Shown here piece by piece: positions 8,761 to 16,948 of a stretch of 32,000 nt of DNA (within the stretch, counting starts at the first letter, position 1; every line of letters starts with the position of its first letter). The notes under the pieces are model-generated. The model had not been told where the DNA came from. It ran no database searches and worked only from the letters and a program-made list of their open reading frames with translations. Source of the stretch: Nitrosococcus oceani ATCC 19707 (GTDB lineage: Bacteria > Pseudomonadota > Gammaproteobacteria > Nitrosococcales > Nitrosococcaceae); NCBI RefSeq assembly GCF_000012805.1, contig NC_007484.1:210001-242000 (forward strand), in the 5' to 3' direction. Both the position numbers and the translations under genes were made by a program.

Positions 8761-11700
8761 AATTTACCGATCTCTTTGTTCGTCGCCCGGTGCTGGCCAG
8801 CGTGGTGAGCTTGCTAATTCTACTGATTGGGATGCGCTCTTTAACTCTACTGGAGGTGCGGCAGTATCCTGAGACCGAGAATACAGTGGTGACGGTGTCT
8901 ACCGCTTATCCGGGGGCCAGCAGTGAATTGATTAACGGCTTTATTACCACCCCCTTGCAACAGGCAATTGCCGAGGCGGAAGGCATAGATTATCTAGTAG
9001 CGACTAGCACCCAGGGCCACTCGATCATCGAAGCCCACATGGTGTTGAACTATGATTCCAATGCCGCAGTTGCCGAAATTCAAGCTAAGGTCGCCAGTCA
9101 GCGCAACGTACTGCCCGAAGAAGCCGAGAACCCGGTCATCGACTCTACCACGGGCGATTCTACTGCATTGATGTACATGGCCTTCTATAGCGAGGCGATG
9201 TCACCGGCCCAAATCACGGACTATCTGCTGCGGGTGGTACGGCCCAAGCTCCAGGCCGTGCCGGGTGTATCCAAGGCGCAGCTTATTGGTAATAAAACCT
9301 TTGCCATGCGTATCTGGCTCGATCCGCGCAGGATGGCGGCCTTGGGGGTGACAGCTAACGATGTGAGAGAAGTCCTGCTGGAAAATAATTATCTTGCCAG
9401 CGTGGGGCACACCAAAGGGGCCTACGTCGCTGTTGATCTTAGTGCGACTACGGATATTAGCCGGGAGGAAGATTTCCTAAATCTGGTGGTGCGGGAAGCC
9501 GATGGCGCCCTGGTACGTCTGCGGGATGTCGCCGAACCCCAACTCGGCGCCGAAGACTACGATTCCAGTAATTGGTATAACGGAAAGCCGGCCATCTTTA
9601 TTGGCATTGAGCAGGCGCCAGGCGCCAATCCGCTAGATATTGCCGGGCACCTCCATGATCTGATGCCGGAGATACGCCGCCAACTCCCCTCCGGAGTGGA
9701 CGGTTATATTGTCTATGATGCCAGCGCCTATATCGAGGATGCGATCCGGGAGGTATTCCGCACCCTCGCGGAAGCGGTGCTGGTTGTGCTTGTAGTGATT
9801 TTTCTGTTTCTTGGCTCCCTGCGAGCGGCGCTAGTACCTGCTATTGCCGTTCCTCTATCCTTGATTGGTGGGGCTTTTTTGATGCTGGTTTTAGGATTCT
9901 CCTTGAACTTACTCACCTTGCTGGCCATGGTATTGGCCATTGGGTTGGTGGTCGATGACGCCATCATCGTGGTGGAAAATATCCACCGGCATCTGGAGCA
10001 TGGGGAGTCCCGTTTTCAGGCTGCAATCCACGGCGCTAGGGAATTGGGACTGCCTATTATTGCCATGACGACGACCCTGGTAGCCGTTTATGCGCCCATT
10101 GGTTTTATGGGCGGTCTGGTGGGAACCCTTTTCACTGAATTTGCTTTCACGCTAGCGAGCGCAGTGTTGGTATCGGGGGTGGTAGCGCTCACCCTCTCTC
10201 CCATGCTTTCTTCTAAGATGTTAAGACCAGTGAGCGAAGCAGGCCGCTTTGAGCAGTGGGTGGAACGCTTCTTTACCCGCCTTGCTGGATACTATCTGCG
10301 CCTCTTGCGTTACGCGCTGGAGAGTCTACCCGTTGTCATTGTCTTTGCGGGAGCCATACTGTGTAGTATTTATTTTATGTATGTAACCAGCCAAAATGAA
10401 TTAGCGCCCACCGAAGATCAAAGTATTTTGTTTTTTCAGGCCACTGCACCCCAGACTGCCACTATTGATTACGATGAGGCCTATTCCCGCCAAATTATCG
10501 ATATCTTCGAGTCCTTCCCGGAATATCATGAGAGTTTTCTGCTGCTTGGCCAAGGCGGCGATCCCAGTACTGTTTTTGGTGGTTTCAAGATGCCCGTGCC
10601 TTCCCAGAGGGAGCGCTCCCAGATGGAGATCCAGCCTGAGATGCAGCAAAAGTTGCAAGGGATTGCAGGATTTCAAATCGCGGTTTTCCCCCGACCTAGT
10701 TTGCCTGGCTCCGGCGGTGGTCTGCCGCTTCAATTCGTGATCACCTCGGCTGCGGATTTTTCCCGTTTGGATCAGATTGCCGAAGAGCTGATTAGACAAT
10801 CCATGGCAAGCGGCAAGTTTGCTTTTCTGCAAAAATCCGTCAAATTTTCTCGCCCTAAGACTACCCTTAAAATTAACCGGGATCTGGCGGGGGATCTTGG
10901 CATCCGTATGAAAGACATTGGGCAGAATTTGGGGATCATGCTAGGGGGCGGCTATATCAACTGGTTCAACTTAGAAGGACGCAGCTATAAGGTGATTCCG
11001 CAAGTGGACCGCCGTTATCGTCTCGATCAGGAAATGCTGGAAAATTACTATATTCGCACTGGTGCGGGCGAGCTCATTCCCCTGGCGACGCTGATTTCCT
11101 TTGAGGAAACAGTGGAGCCGAGCAAGCGAGTCCAGTTTCAACAGCTTAATTCATTGACCGTTCAGGGCGTGATGGCTCCGGGGGTAGCGGTGGGCGAGGC
11201 GTTGGCTTACCTGGAGGATAAGGCCCGGGAGATTTTTCCTTCCGCTTTTAGCTGGGATTACGCGGGGGAGTCCCGCCAGTATACCCAGCAGGGCAGTGCC
11301 TTGATGGTGACTTTCTTTTTCTCCCTGCTGGTGATCTACCTTGTTTTGGCAGCACAATTTGAGAGCTGGCGTGACCCGGTTATTATTTTGATGTCTGTTC
11401 CTATGTCTATTGCTGGGGCACTGGTGTTTCTTACCTTGGGTTTTGCGACTGTCAATATCTATACCCAAGTGGGGCTGATCACGCTGATTGGTCTAATTGC
11501 TAAAAACGGCATCCTCATCGTGGAGTTCGCTAATCAACTGCAATTGCAGGAGGGGCTTGATAAACAAGCGGCGGTAGAGAAGGCCTCCAGCATCCGGTTA
11601 CGCCCCATTCTAATGACAACGGTTTCCATGATAGTGGCGATGGTTCCCCTGCTAATGGCAAGCGGTCCTGGCGCGGTGAGTCGTTTCGATATCGGGTTGG

Positions 11701-11843
11701 TGGTGGCCAGCGGTTTGGGGATTGGGACTTTGTTTACCCTGTTCGTGGTTCCGGCGGTGTATTTGCTAGTGGCCGGTGACCATAGGGAAGAAAAGGAGGC
11801 AGTCCAAGAGCCCATGGAACAGGAGTCCGGCTTTAAAGCCTAG
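8757..11843 (+). CDS. RND efflux transporter permease (AcrB/MdtB-like, HAE1-type)
   Basis: 1028 aa. Starts MKFTDLFVRRPVLASVVSLLILLIGM and has a 12-TM layout with two large periplasmic loops. Conserved TM4 LAIGLVVDDAIIVVENI. The ATG overlaps the adaptor stop (ATGA, 8757-8760), which suggests translational coupling. Confidence 0.95.
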   Translation: MKFTDLFVRRPVLASVVSLLILLIGMRSLTLLEVRQYPETENTVVTVSTAYPGASSELINGFITTPLQQAIAEAEGIDYLVATSTQGHSIIEAHMVLNYDSNAAVAEIQAKVASQRNVLPEEAENPVIDSTTGDSTALMYMAFYSEAMSPAQITDYLLRVVRPKLQAVPGVSKAQLIGNKTFAMRIWLDPRRMAALGVTANDVREVLLENNYLASVGHTKGAYVAVDLSATTDISREEDFLNLVVREADGALVRLRDVAEPQLGAEDYDSSNWYNGKPAIFIGIEQAPGANPLDIAGHLHDLMPEIRRQLPSGVDGYIVYDASAYIEDAIREVFRTLAEAVLVVLVVIFLFLGSLRAALVPAIAVPLSLIGGAFLMLVLGFSLNLLTLLAMVLAIGLVVDDAIIVVENIHRHLEHGESRFQAAIHGARELGLPIIAMTTTLVAVYAPIGFMGGLVGTLFTEFAFTLASAVLVSGVVALTLSPMLSSKMLRPVSEAGRFEQWVERFFTRLAGYYLRLLRYALESLPVVIVFAGAILCSIYFMYVTSQNELAPTEDQSILFFQATAPQTATIDYDEAYSRQIIDIFESFPEYHESFLLLGQGGDPSTVFGGFKMPVPSQRERSQMEIQPEMQQKLQGIAGFQIAVFPRPSLPGSGGGLPLQFVITSAADFSRLDQIAEELIRQSMASGKFAFLQKSVKFSRPKTTLKINRDLAGDLGIRMKDIGQNLGIMLGGGYINWFNLEGRSYKVIPQVDRRYRLDQEMLENYYIRTGAGELIPLATLISFEETVEPSKRVQFQQLNSLTVQGVMAPGVAVGEALAYLEDKAREIFPSAFSWDYAGESRQYTQQGSALMVTFFFSLLVIYLVLAAQFESWRDPVIILMSVPMSIAGALVFLTLGFATVNIYTQVGLITLIGLIAKNGILIVEFANQLQLQEGLDKQAAVEKASSIRLRPILMTTVSMIVAMVPLLMASGPGAVSRFDIGLVVASGLGIGTLFTLFVVPAVYLLVAGDHREEKEAVQEPMEQESGFKA

Positions 11844-11990
11844 CTTAAAAGGGCGCGGTCTTTACTTATTGGGCTCTAAGTACCCAGAGAAGCCGTAGAG
11901 GGATATTTTGCTAAAATTATAACCCTGTTTCTCAGTAATGTTGCTAGACTTTTCAAACCAGAGATACAAAGACTAAATTAAAAAGATTAT

Positions 11991-12273
11991 CACGTAATTC
12001 ATCGAAAAACTTTGTCCGAAACTTTGGCTTCGCGCGCAGAAACTGAATGTGAAACAACTGTAAATGTTCAAGCACCAAATTTCGAAATAGCAGGGGATAA
12101 ATGGGAACAAAAAATTTGCTGTTCCGCAAAGAAAAGAAGAGATTGAAGTATTGTGGGTGCTTTTACCGAAAGATGTCGGTACTTATATTATAGTGGTTTC
12201 TATCAACACGAGTCGTGGGCTAACCCATGATAGGCTAGGAATTACGATAACTAATATTTATTCTAGCTCTTGA
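11991..12273 (+). pseudogene. Possible 3' relic of a beta-sandwich-type protein gene (frameshifted)
   Basis: The two abutting reads ..ETECETTVNVQAPNFEIAGDKWEQK and FAVPQRKEEIEVLWVLLPKDVGTYIIVVSINTSRGLTHDRLGITITN..* join by a 1-nt shift inside the A6 run at 12109-12114. There is no start codon or upstream body. The call is speculative and based on the protein-like look of the translation only. Confidence 0.25.
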
Positions 12274-12304
12274 TGCTTTTTCGGCACAAATTCTAGTTTA
12301 TATG

Positions 12305-13211
12305 TAACCTGAGTTCTGGATAAGTGGGGAGTGTCTCCTGGGCAAGGAATCTGGAAAACTCCAGGTGATGATGAGAGAAAACAACCAGGCGACAGCTGCG
12401 ATGAGCTTAGAGGCTTTATTTTGTGATGTCGATGATTTTTGCCAAGTCTTTTTACCCCCATGAGGGAAGGAGAACTGCTGGCTTGCGGAGAGTGGAAGCA
12501 GCGGTGCTGTGCAGGCCTGTTGGTCAGTGAAATCATGACGGTGGTGATCTACTTTCATCACTCTCACTACCGGCATTTCAAGGGTTATTATCTGGGCTAT
12601 GTCAGGTGCCATCTCAAAGAGGCTTTTCCCAGGCTAGTCAGCTATCAACGCTTTGTGGCCCCGATCCCTTCAGTGTTGATTCCCCTGGGTGCTTATCTCC
12701 AGCAGCGTAAGGGCCGAGCCACGGGTGTGGCCTTTATGGACTCGCCTCAGGTATTCAAAAAAATCGCCGGGCGGGGGAAAACTTCCAGGGGCTGGTTTTA
12801 CGGCTTTAAACTGCATCGGCTGATCAATGACTGGGGCGAGTTGCTCGCTTTCCACCTCACCCCCGGCCTCTCAGGTAAGCTCTTTGGCGATAATGGCTAC
12901 ATTTCAAAACACTTATTCCAGGCCCTTTTTGAGAAGGGCCTCCAGCTGATAACCCCCCCTTCGCAAAAATAGGCATAATCAGTTCTTGCCTCTGTTCGAT
13001 AAACTCTTGCTGCGCGGGCGCTCTCTTAGTGAGACCATTAATGATCAACTCAAAGATATTTCCCCAATTGAACACAGCCGCCATCGCAGCATCAACCTGG
13101 TTGCTGGGCTCATCGCCTACACCTTTCAGCCGCTTAAGCCCTCACTTAACCTGACTAACCATCCATTTATCCTCTTGGATAAGCCCAGGTAGTTATTCAG
13201 AACTGAGGTTA
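12305..13211 (+). mobile_element. IS982-family insertion sequence, degenerate (transposase pseudogene)
   Basis: Terminal inverted repeats TAACCTGAGTTCTGGATAA (12305-12323) and TTATTCAGAACTGAGGTTA (13193-13211) match at 17 of 19 positions. The transposase reads MSLEALFCDVDDFCQVF.., ..SEIMTVVIYFHHSHYRHFKGYY..FPRLVSYQRFV.., ..GWFYGFKLH..IND.GELL.., GKLFGDNGYIS.., ..LFDKLLLRGRSLSETINDQLKDISPIEHSRHRS.. across three frames. Shifts lie near 12460 and in the C7 run at 12953-12959. At about 907 bp it is shorter than I recall for the family, and there appear to be internal deletions. Confidence 0.75.
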
Positions 13212-13336
13212 AGCCACTTGGCCCTTGCGCCTCATCCACCGCTGTGCTTCGCAACTCGGCTAGGGGGGCGCTTACCCTCCATGGAGAACTCTAAGGCGGG
13301 AATTGTTGATTAACCACGATCCCGCTGGGGCAGCCT

Positions 13337-13744
13337 TTAGGGAGGAGGGAGATTGGACTGCGCTAGATCCTCCAGAATGGGGCAATCAGGCCGTTGGCCG
13401 CCTTGGCAGCGGTCGATGAGTTGAGTAAGCGTGGTCCGCATGGCAGTAAGCTCGGCAATTTTGTTATTGATGTCAACCACCCGTTGCTTGGTGAGACGTT
13501 TAACTTCGGCACTAGCCCGGTTTTTATCTTGATACAGCGACAGCAAATTACGGCATTCCTCAACGCTGAAGCCGAGACCGCGAGCCCGCCTGATAAACTG
13601 GAGGATCCGAACGGTTCCTTGATCGTAACGCCGATAACCATTGCTCCCTCGTTGCGGAGGATAAACTAGGCCAATGCTTTCATAATAACGGATAGTTTTG
13701 GCCGGTAACCCAGATTGGGTCGCGGCCTCACTAATGCTCATCAT
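13337..13744 (-). CDS. cueR: MerR-family Cu(I)-responsive regulator (CueR/HmrR type)
   Basis: 135 aa. MerR HTH (ISEAATQSGLPAKTIRYYESIGLV), dimerisation helix, and C-terminal metal loop C-QGGQRPD-C-P (Cys-X7-Cys as in CueR). Lies last in the copA-copZ cluster. Confidence 0.85.
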   Translation of the reverse strand: MMSISEAATQSGLPAKTIRYYESIGLVYPPQRGSNGYRRYDQGTVRILQFIRRARGLGFSVEECRNLLSLYQDKNRASAEVKRLTKQRVVDINNKIAELTAMRTTLTQLIDRCQGGQRPDCPILEDLAQSNLPPP

Positions 13745-13765
13745 GATTTTTATCCTCGGTAGTTT

Positions 13766-13972
13766 TTAAAACACCGGCCCTTCGTAATCAAAGCCAGCGT
13801 TTTCCACAGCTTGAGCGACCAAATTATCGTCCTCAATCCCAGTAACGGTCACGTGGTTGTTTTCCAAATCTACCTTGACAGTTGCAGCAGGCGCTACTGC
13901 ATTAATCGCCTTTTCTACGGATTGGACACAGCCCCCGCAAGTCATGCCTTCTACTTTGTAAGTTTTTTCCAT
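13766..13972 (-). CDS. copZ: Copper chaperone, HMA domain (CopZ-like)
   Basis: 68 aa, a single ferredoxin-like HMA fold with GMTCGGC. Confidence 0.85.
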   Translation of the reverse strand: MEKTYKVEGMTCGGCVQSVEKAINAVAPAATVKVDLENNHVTVTGIEDDNLVAQAVENAGFDYEGPVF

Positions 13973-13983
13973 GGTCGTTTTCC

Positions 13984-16455
13984 TTAAAAAGATGAAATAA
14001 TTGATTGACTCCCTGGCCGCCAGCGCCGTAATAGTAACGAATTCGAAACTACGCTCACCGAAGACAAGGCCATTGCCGCTCCTGCTACCACCGGGCTTAG
14101 CATCCCGGAGGCCGCCAAAGGAATAGCAATGACATTATAAATAAAGGCCCAGAAGAGATTTTGGCGAATTTTGCCGTAGGTTGCCCGGGAAATAGACAAG
14201 GCTTCCGCCACCAAAGTGGGGTTGCCGCCCATCAGGGTGATCCCGGCGGCCTCCATGGCTACATCGGTACCGGTACCCATGGCCATCCCCACATCCGCTG
14301 CGGCTAGAGCCGGGGCATCGTTGACCCCGTCGCCAATCATGGCCACATGGCAACCCTTGGCCCGTAATGCCTGAATATGCGCTGCCTTATCTTCAGGCAA
14401 AACTTCGGCAATCACTTGGTCGATGCCCACTTTATCGGCTACCACTTGAGCAACGCGAGGGTTATCCCCGGTAAGCATCATTGTGGTTAAGCCCCGCGCT
14501 CGTAATGCGGCTACCGCTTGTGGCGCGGTATTTTTGATGGGATCGGTGACGGCCAGCACGCCCAGTAATTGGGCTGCCGAGTCGATTTCCGCCACCCACA
14601 TTAGGGTATGGCCGCTTTCTTCAAGTATTTGGGCACGGGCCGACAAAGAGGTGAAGTCCACCTGGTATTCCCGCATTAGACGGAGGTTACCTACTATTAG
14701 AGTCCGCTTCTGGACTTGAGCGCGGAGACCTCGTCCAGGAAGGCTGCGGAAATTTCGGGGCGGCTGGAGGGGAAGCCCCTGTGCTTTAGCCAGCGCTGCT
14801 TTGGCTAGGGGGTGTTCGCTGCCCTGTTGGGCGGAAGCTACCCATTGCAGCAATGTTTCCTCGGAAATGTTGACCGCAAGTATCTCGGTGACAGCCGGTT
14901 GGCCCTCGGTGAGTGTTCCCGTTTTGTCAAACACGACCGTATTGCTATCTTGGGCCCGTTCCAGTGCCACTGCATCCCGGATTAGAATACCATAACGAGC
15001 GGCAACGCCTGTTCCTACCATTAGGGCGGTGGGGGTGGCGAGGCCCAGGGCGCAGGGACAGGCAATGACAAGTACCGAGACGGCTGCTATAAAGGCGGTA
15101 TCAGCCGATCCCGCTAACCACCACCAGCCGGCAAAGGTTAGGAGAGCCAATGTAACTACTACCGGGACAAAAATATGGGCCACCCGGTCCACTAGTTTTT
15201 GTACTGGGGCCTTGCTGGCTTGGGCATCTTCCACCAGGCGGATGATACGCGCCAGCGTCGATTCAGTACCTACGGTAGTAGCGCGGACGCGTAGCAGCCC
15301 TTCCCCGTTGACCGAACCGCCGGTAATGGTTTCCCCTTCTCCCCGGGATACTGGCAGACTCTCACCGGTGATGAGAGACTCATCCAATTGGCTGTGGCCT
15401 TCCAGGATAACGCCGTCAACAGGCACCCGTTCTCCTGCCCGCACCAAGACGATGTCGTTTTCCGCGACCTGCTCAATGGGAACTTCAAGTATTTTTTCTC
15501 CCTGCTCTATTCGGGCAACTGTGGGTTGGAGGGCCATTAGGGCGCGGATCGCCGAGGCCGCGCTTCTTTTTGCCCGTCCTTCAAGCCGTTTACCGAGCAG
15601 GATTAGAGTTATGACCATGGCCGAGGCCTCAAAATACAGATCGCTGCCCGCGCCAGGCATGAGGGTATTCCAGGTGCTAAGTCCCCAAGCTGCGGAGGTG
15701 CCGAGGATAACCAGCACATCCATGTTGGCGCTACCACCGCGCAATGATCGGTAAGCGCCCGTATAAAAGCGACGGCCGACCCAAAACTGGACTGGTGTAG
15801 CCAGCAGAAATTGAATCCCAGCAGGCAAGTCGGCATGGATACCGAAAGGCATGAGCAGCATGGGCAAAGCCAAGGGTAAGGTAAGGAGTATGGCAAGGAG
15901 TAAGTGGTTCCATTCGTGCTGCTCCTCAGCTATTTTCTCAGCCTCATCCTGGTTCCCCTTTTCCGCCCGGTTGGACAGGAGGGTCGCGGTAAAGCCAGCC
16001 TGCTGAGCCGTCGCAATGACGGCAGCGGGAGGCAGTACCCCTGCCGGTGCTTTTAACAGCGCTCGCTCAGTTGCTAGGTTAACGGTTACTTTGCTGACTC
16101 CGGCTAGCCGAGAGAATACCTTTTCCAACCGGGCTGAACAGGTAGCGCAGGTCATTCCTCCGATACGGAATTCCATCCCTTCCAGGGGCACGCTAAAGCC
16201 TGCTTGAGTAATAGCTTGGTAGAACCGCTGGGGAGAGGTCTGTTGCGGATTAAAGGCAATCTTAGCTTGCTCCGATGCCAAGTTGACCTGGGATTTTACT
16301 ACCCCAGGGACTTTGTTGAGCACCCGCTCCAGCCGCGTTGAGCAAGTAGCGCAGGTCATGCCCTTGATGGGCAAGACAAGTGTTTGTGCCGCTTCCTTAG
16401 AGGGGACTGCGGAGAACGATTCTTTATCCGTAGTCAAGCGTGATATTTCCAACAT
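13984..16455 (-). CDS. copA: Cu(I)-translocating P1B-type ATPase
   Basis: 823 aa. Two N-terminal HMA domains (GMTCATC twice), TM CPC motif (ACPCALGLATP), DKTGTLT phosphorylation site, TGES, GDGVNDAPAL hinge. Confidence 0.95.
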   Translation of the reverse strand: MLEISRLTTDKESFSAVPSKEAAQTLVLPIKGMTCATCSTRLERVLNKVPGVVKSQVNLASEQAKIAFNPQQTSPQRFYQAITQAGFSVPLEGMEFRIGGMTCATCSARLEKVFSRLAGVSKVTVNLATERALLKAPAGVLPPAAVIATAQQAGFTATLLSNRAEKGNQDEAEKIAEEQHEWNHLLLAILLTLPLALPMLLMPFGIHADLPAGIQFLLATPVQFWVGRRFYTGAYRSLRGGSANMDVLVILGTSAAWGLSTWNTLMPGAGSDLYFEASAMVITLILLGKRLEGRAKRSAASAIRALMALQPTVARIEQGEKILEVPIEQVAENDIVLVRAGERVPVDGVILEGHSQLDESLITGESLPVSRGEGETITGGSVNGEGLLRVRATTVGTESTLARIIRLVEDAQASKAPVQKLVDRVAHIFVPVVVTLALLTFAGWWWLAGSADTAFIAAVSVLVIACPCALGLATPTALMVGTGVAARYGILIRDAVALERAQDSNTVVFDKTGTLTEGQPAVTEILAVNISEETLLQWVASAQQGSEHPLAKAALAKAQGLPLQPPRNFRSLPGRGLRAQVQKRTLIVGNLRLMREYQVDFTSLSARAQILEESGHTLMWVAEIDSAAQLLGVLAVTDPIKNTAPQAVAALRARGLTTMMLTGDNPRVAQVVADKVGIDQVIAEVLPEDKAAHIQALRAKGCHVAMIGDGVNDAPALAAADVGMAMGTGTDVAMEAAGITLMGGNPTLVAEALSISRATYGKIRQNLFWAFIYNVIAIPLAASGMLSPVVAGAAMALSSVSVVSNSLLLRRWRPGSQSIISSF

Positions 16456-16522
16456 GGCCTACCGCTTCCTTTTTAGCTGGGTTTAGACTGGATATTTTTA
16501 AGTATAAGAGCTTAACTCTCCG

Positions 16523-16545
16523 CCTTCCAGTTACTGGAAGGTCAA
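16523..16545 (-). promoter_or_regulatory. CueR operator / MerR-type copA promoter
   Basis: On the minus strand: TTGACC-TTCCAGTAACTGGAAGGCG-GAGAGT. The perfect dyad CCTTCCAG-N3-CTGGAAGG overlaps the -35 and sits in a 19-nt spacer, as in E. coli PcopA (TTGACCTTCC...GGAAGG). The -10 is weak and uncertain. The site lies about 70-90 nt upstream of the copA ATG. Confidence 0.7.
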
Positions 16546-16815
16546 GGGGCGGTTAATTGGATACTCTATCCTTGACATAAGCAGCAAACTTATGGGCCAT
16601 GTGCCATGGCGATCCTGTTATTTCGAAATGGCTTTTTAGAGTCTAACTCAGGATTTTATCGGCACAATAAGACCGCCTAGCGTAAGTTAGCCGAGATTCA
16701 CTGGAAAGTGTGGGAAATTCACATTAGTGATGAGGGCTTTTTTACAGATTCCACCTTGGCATGTTGATTATCCTAGGCTTAAAGGGGCGTTGCAGCCTAT
16801 TCGACCCTCTGATGT

Positions 16816-16841
16816 GGCCCAGGGAGCGGGCCGTTTTTTTT
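16816..16841 (+). terminator. Intrinsic terminator-like hairpin plus T8 on the plus strand, with no annotated plus-strand gene upstream
   Basis: GGCCC-AGGGAGC-GGGCC followed by G and TTTTTTTT (16834-16841). On the opposite strand the hairpin is followed by ACATCAG, not by a T-tract, so it is oriented for the plus strand only. Confidence 0.5.
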
Positions 16842-16903
16842 ACCCAATGAATATTTTACCGGTATTTATCCCTTGGATCCTTTCCGTTTCGGGTTTTATA
16901 TAG

Positions 16904-16924
16904 AAAAACCATCTAAATAGATGG
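16904..16924 (-). terminator. Weak intrinsic terminator after the GAF-PP2C gene
   Basis: On the minus strand: CCATCTATTTAGATGG followed by TTTTT, about 25 nt after the stop at 16946-16948. The stem is short and AT-rich. Confidence 0.35.
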
Positions 16925-16948
16925 GGATAAATTAAATGACGATTAACT

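Noticed and set aside
9201-11815. Several 70-143-aa minus-strand and alternative-frame ORFs inside the RND pump gene
   Set aside because: They lie inside a 1028-aa gene with full-length RND architecture. They are shadow ORFs.
15029-15754. 241-aa plus-strand ORF, and several others (14483..14719, 14801..14995, 16016..16207), antisense to copA
   Set aside because: The copA frame on the other strand carries every P-type ATPase motif. The antisense translations are Arg/Ser/Thr/Pro-rich low-complexity reads with no motif, which is typical of shadow ORFs.
16592-16639. 15-codon ORF MGHVPWRSCYFEMAF (His/Cys/Met-containing) next to the copper operon as a metal-binding micropeptide
   Set aside because: It has no Shine-Dalgarno and no usable promoter spacing from the nearby TTGACA. 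It is too short to evaluate from sequence alone. It is kept only as part of the orphan-terminator observation.
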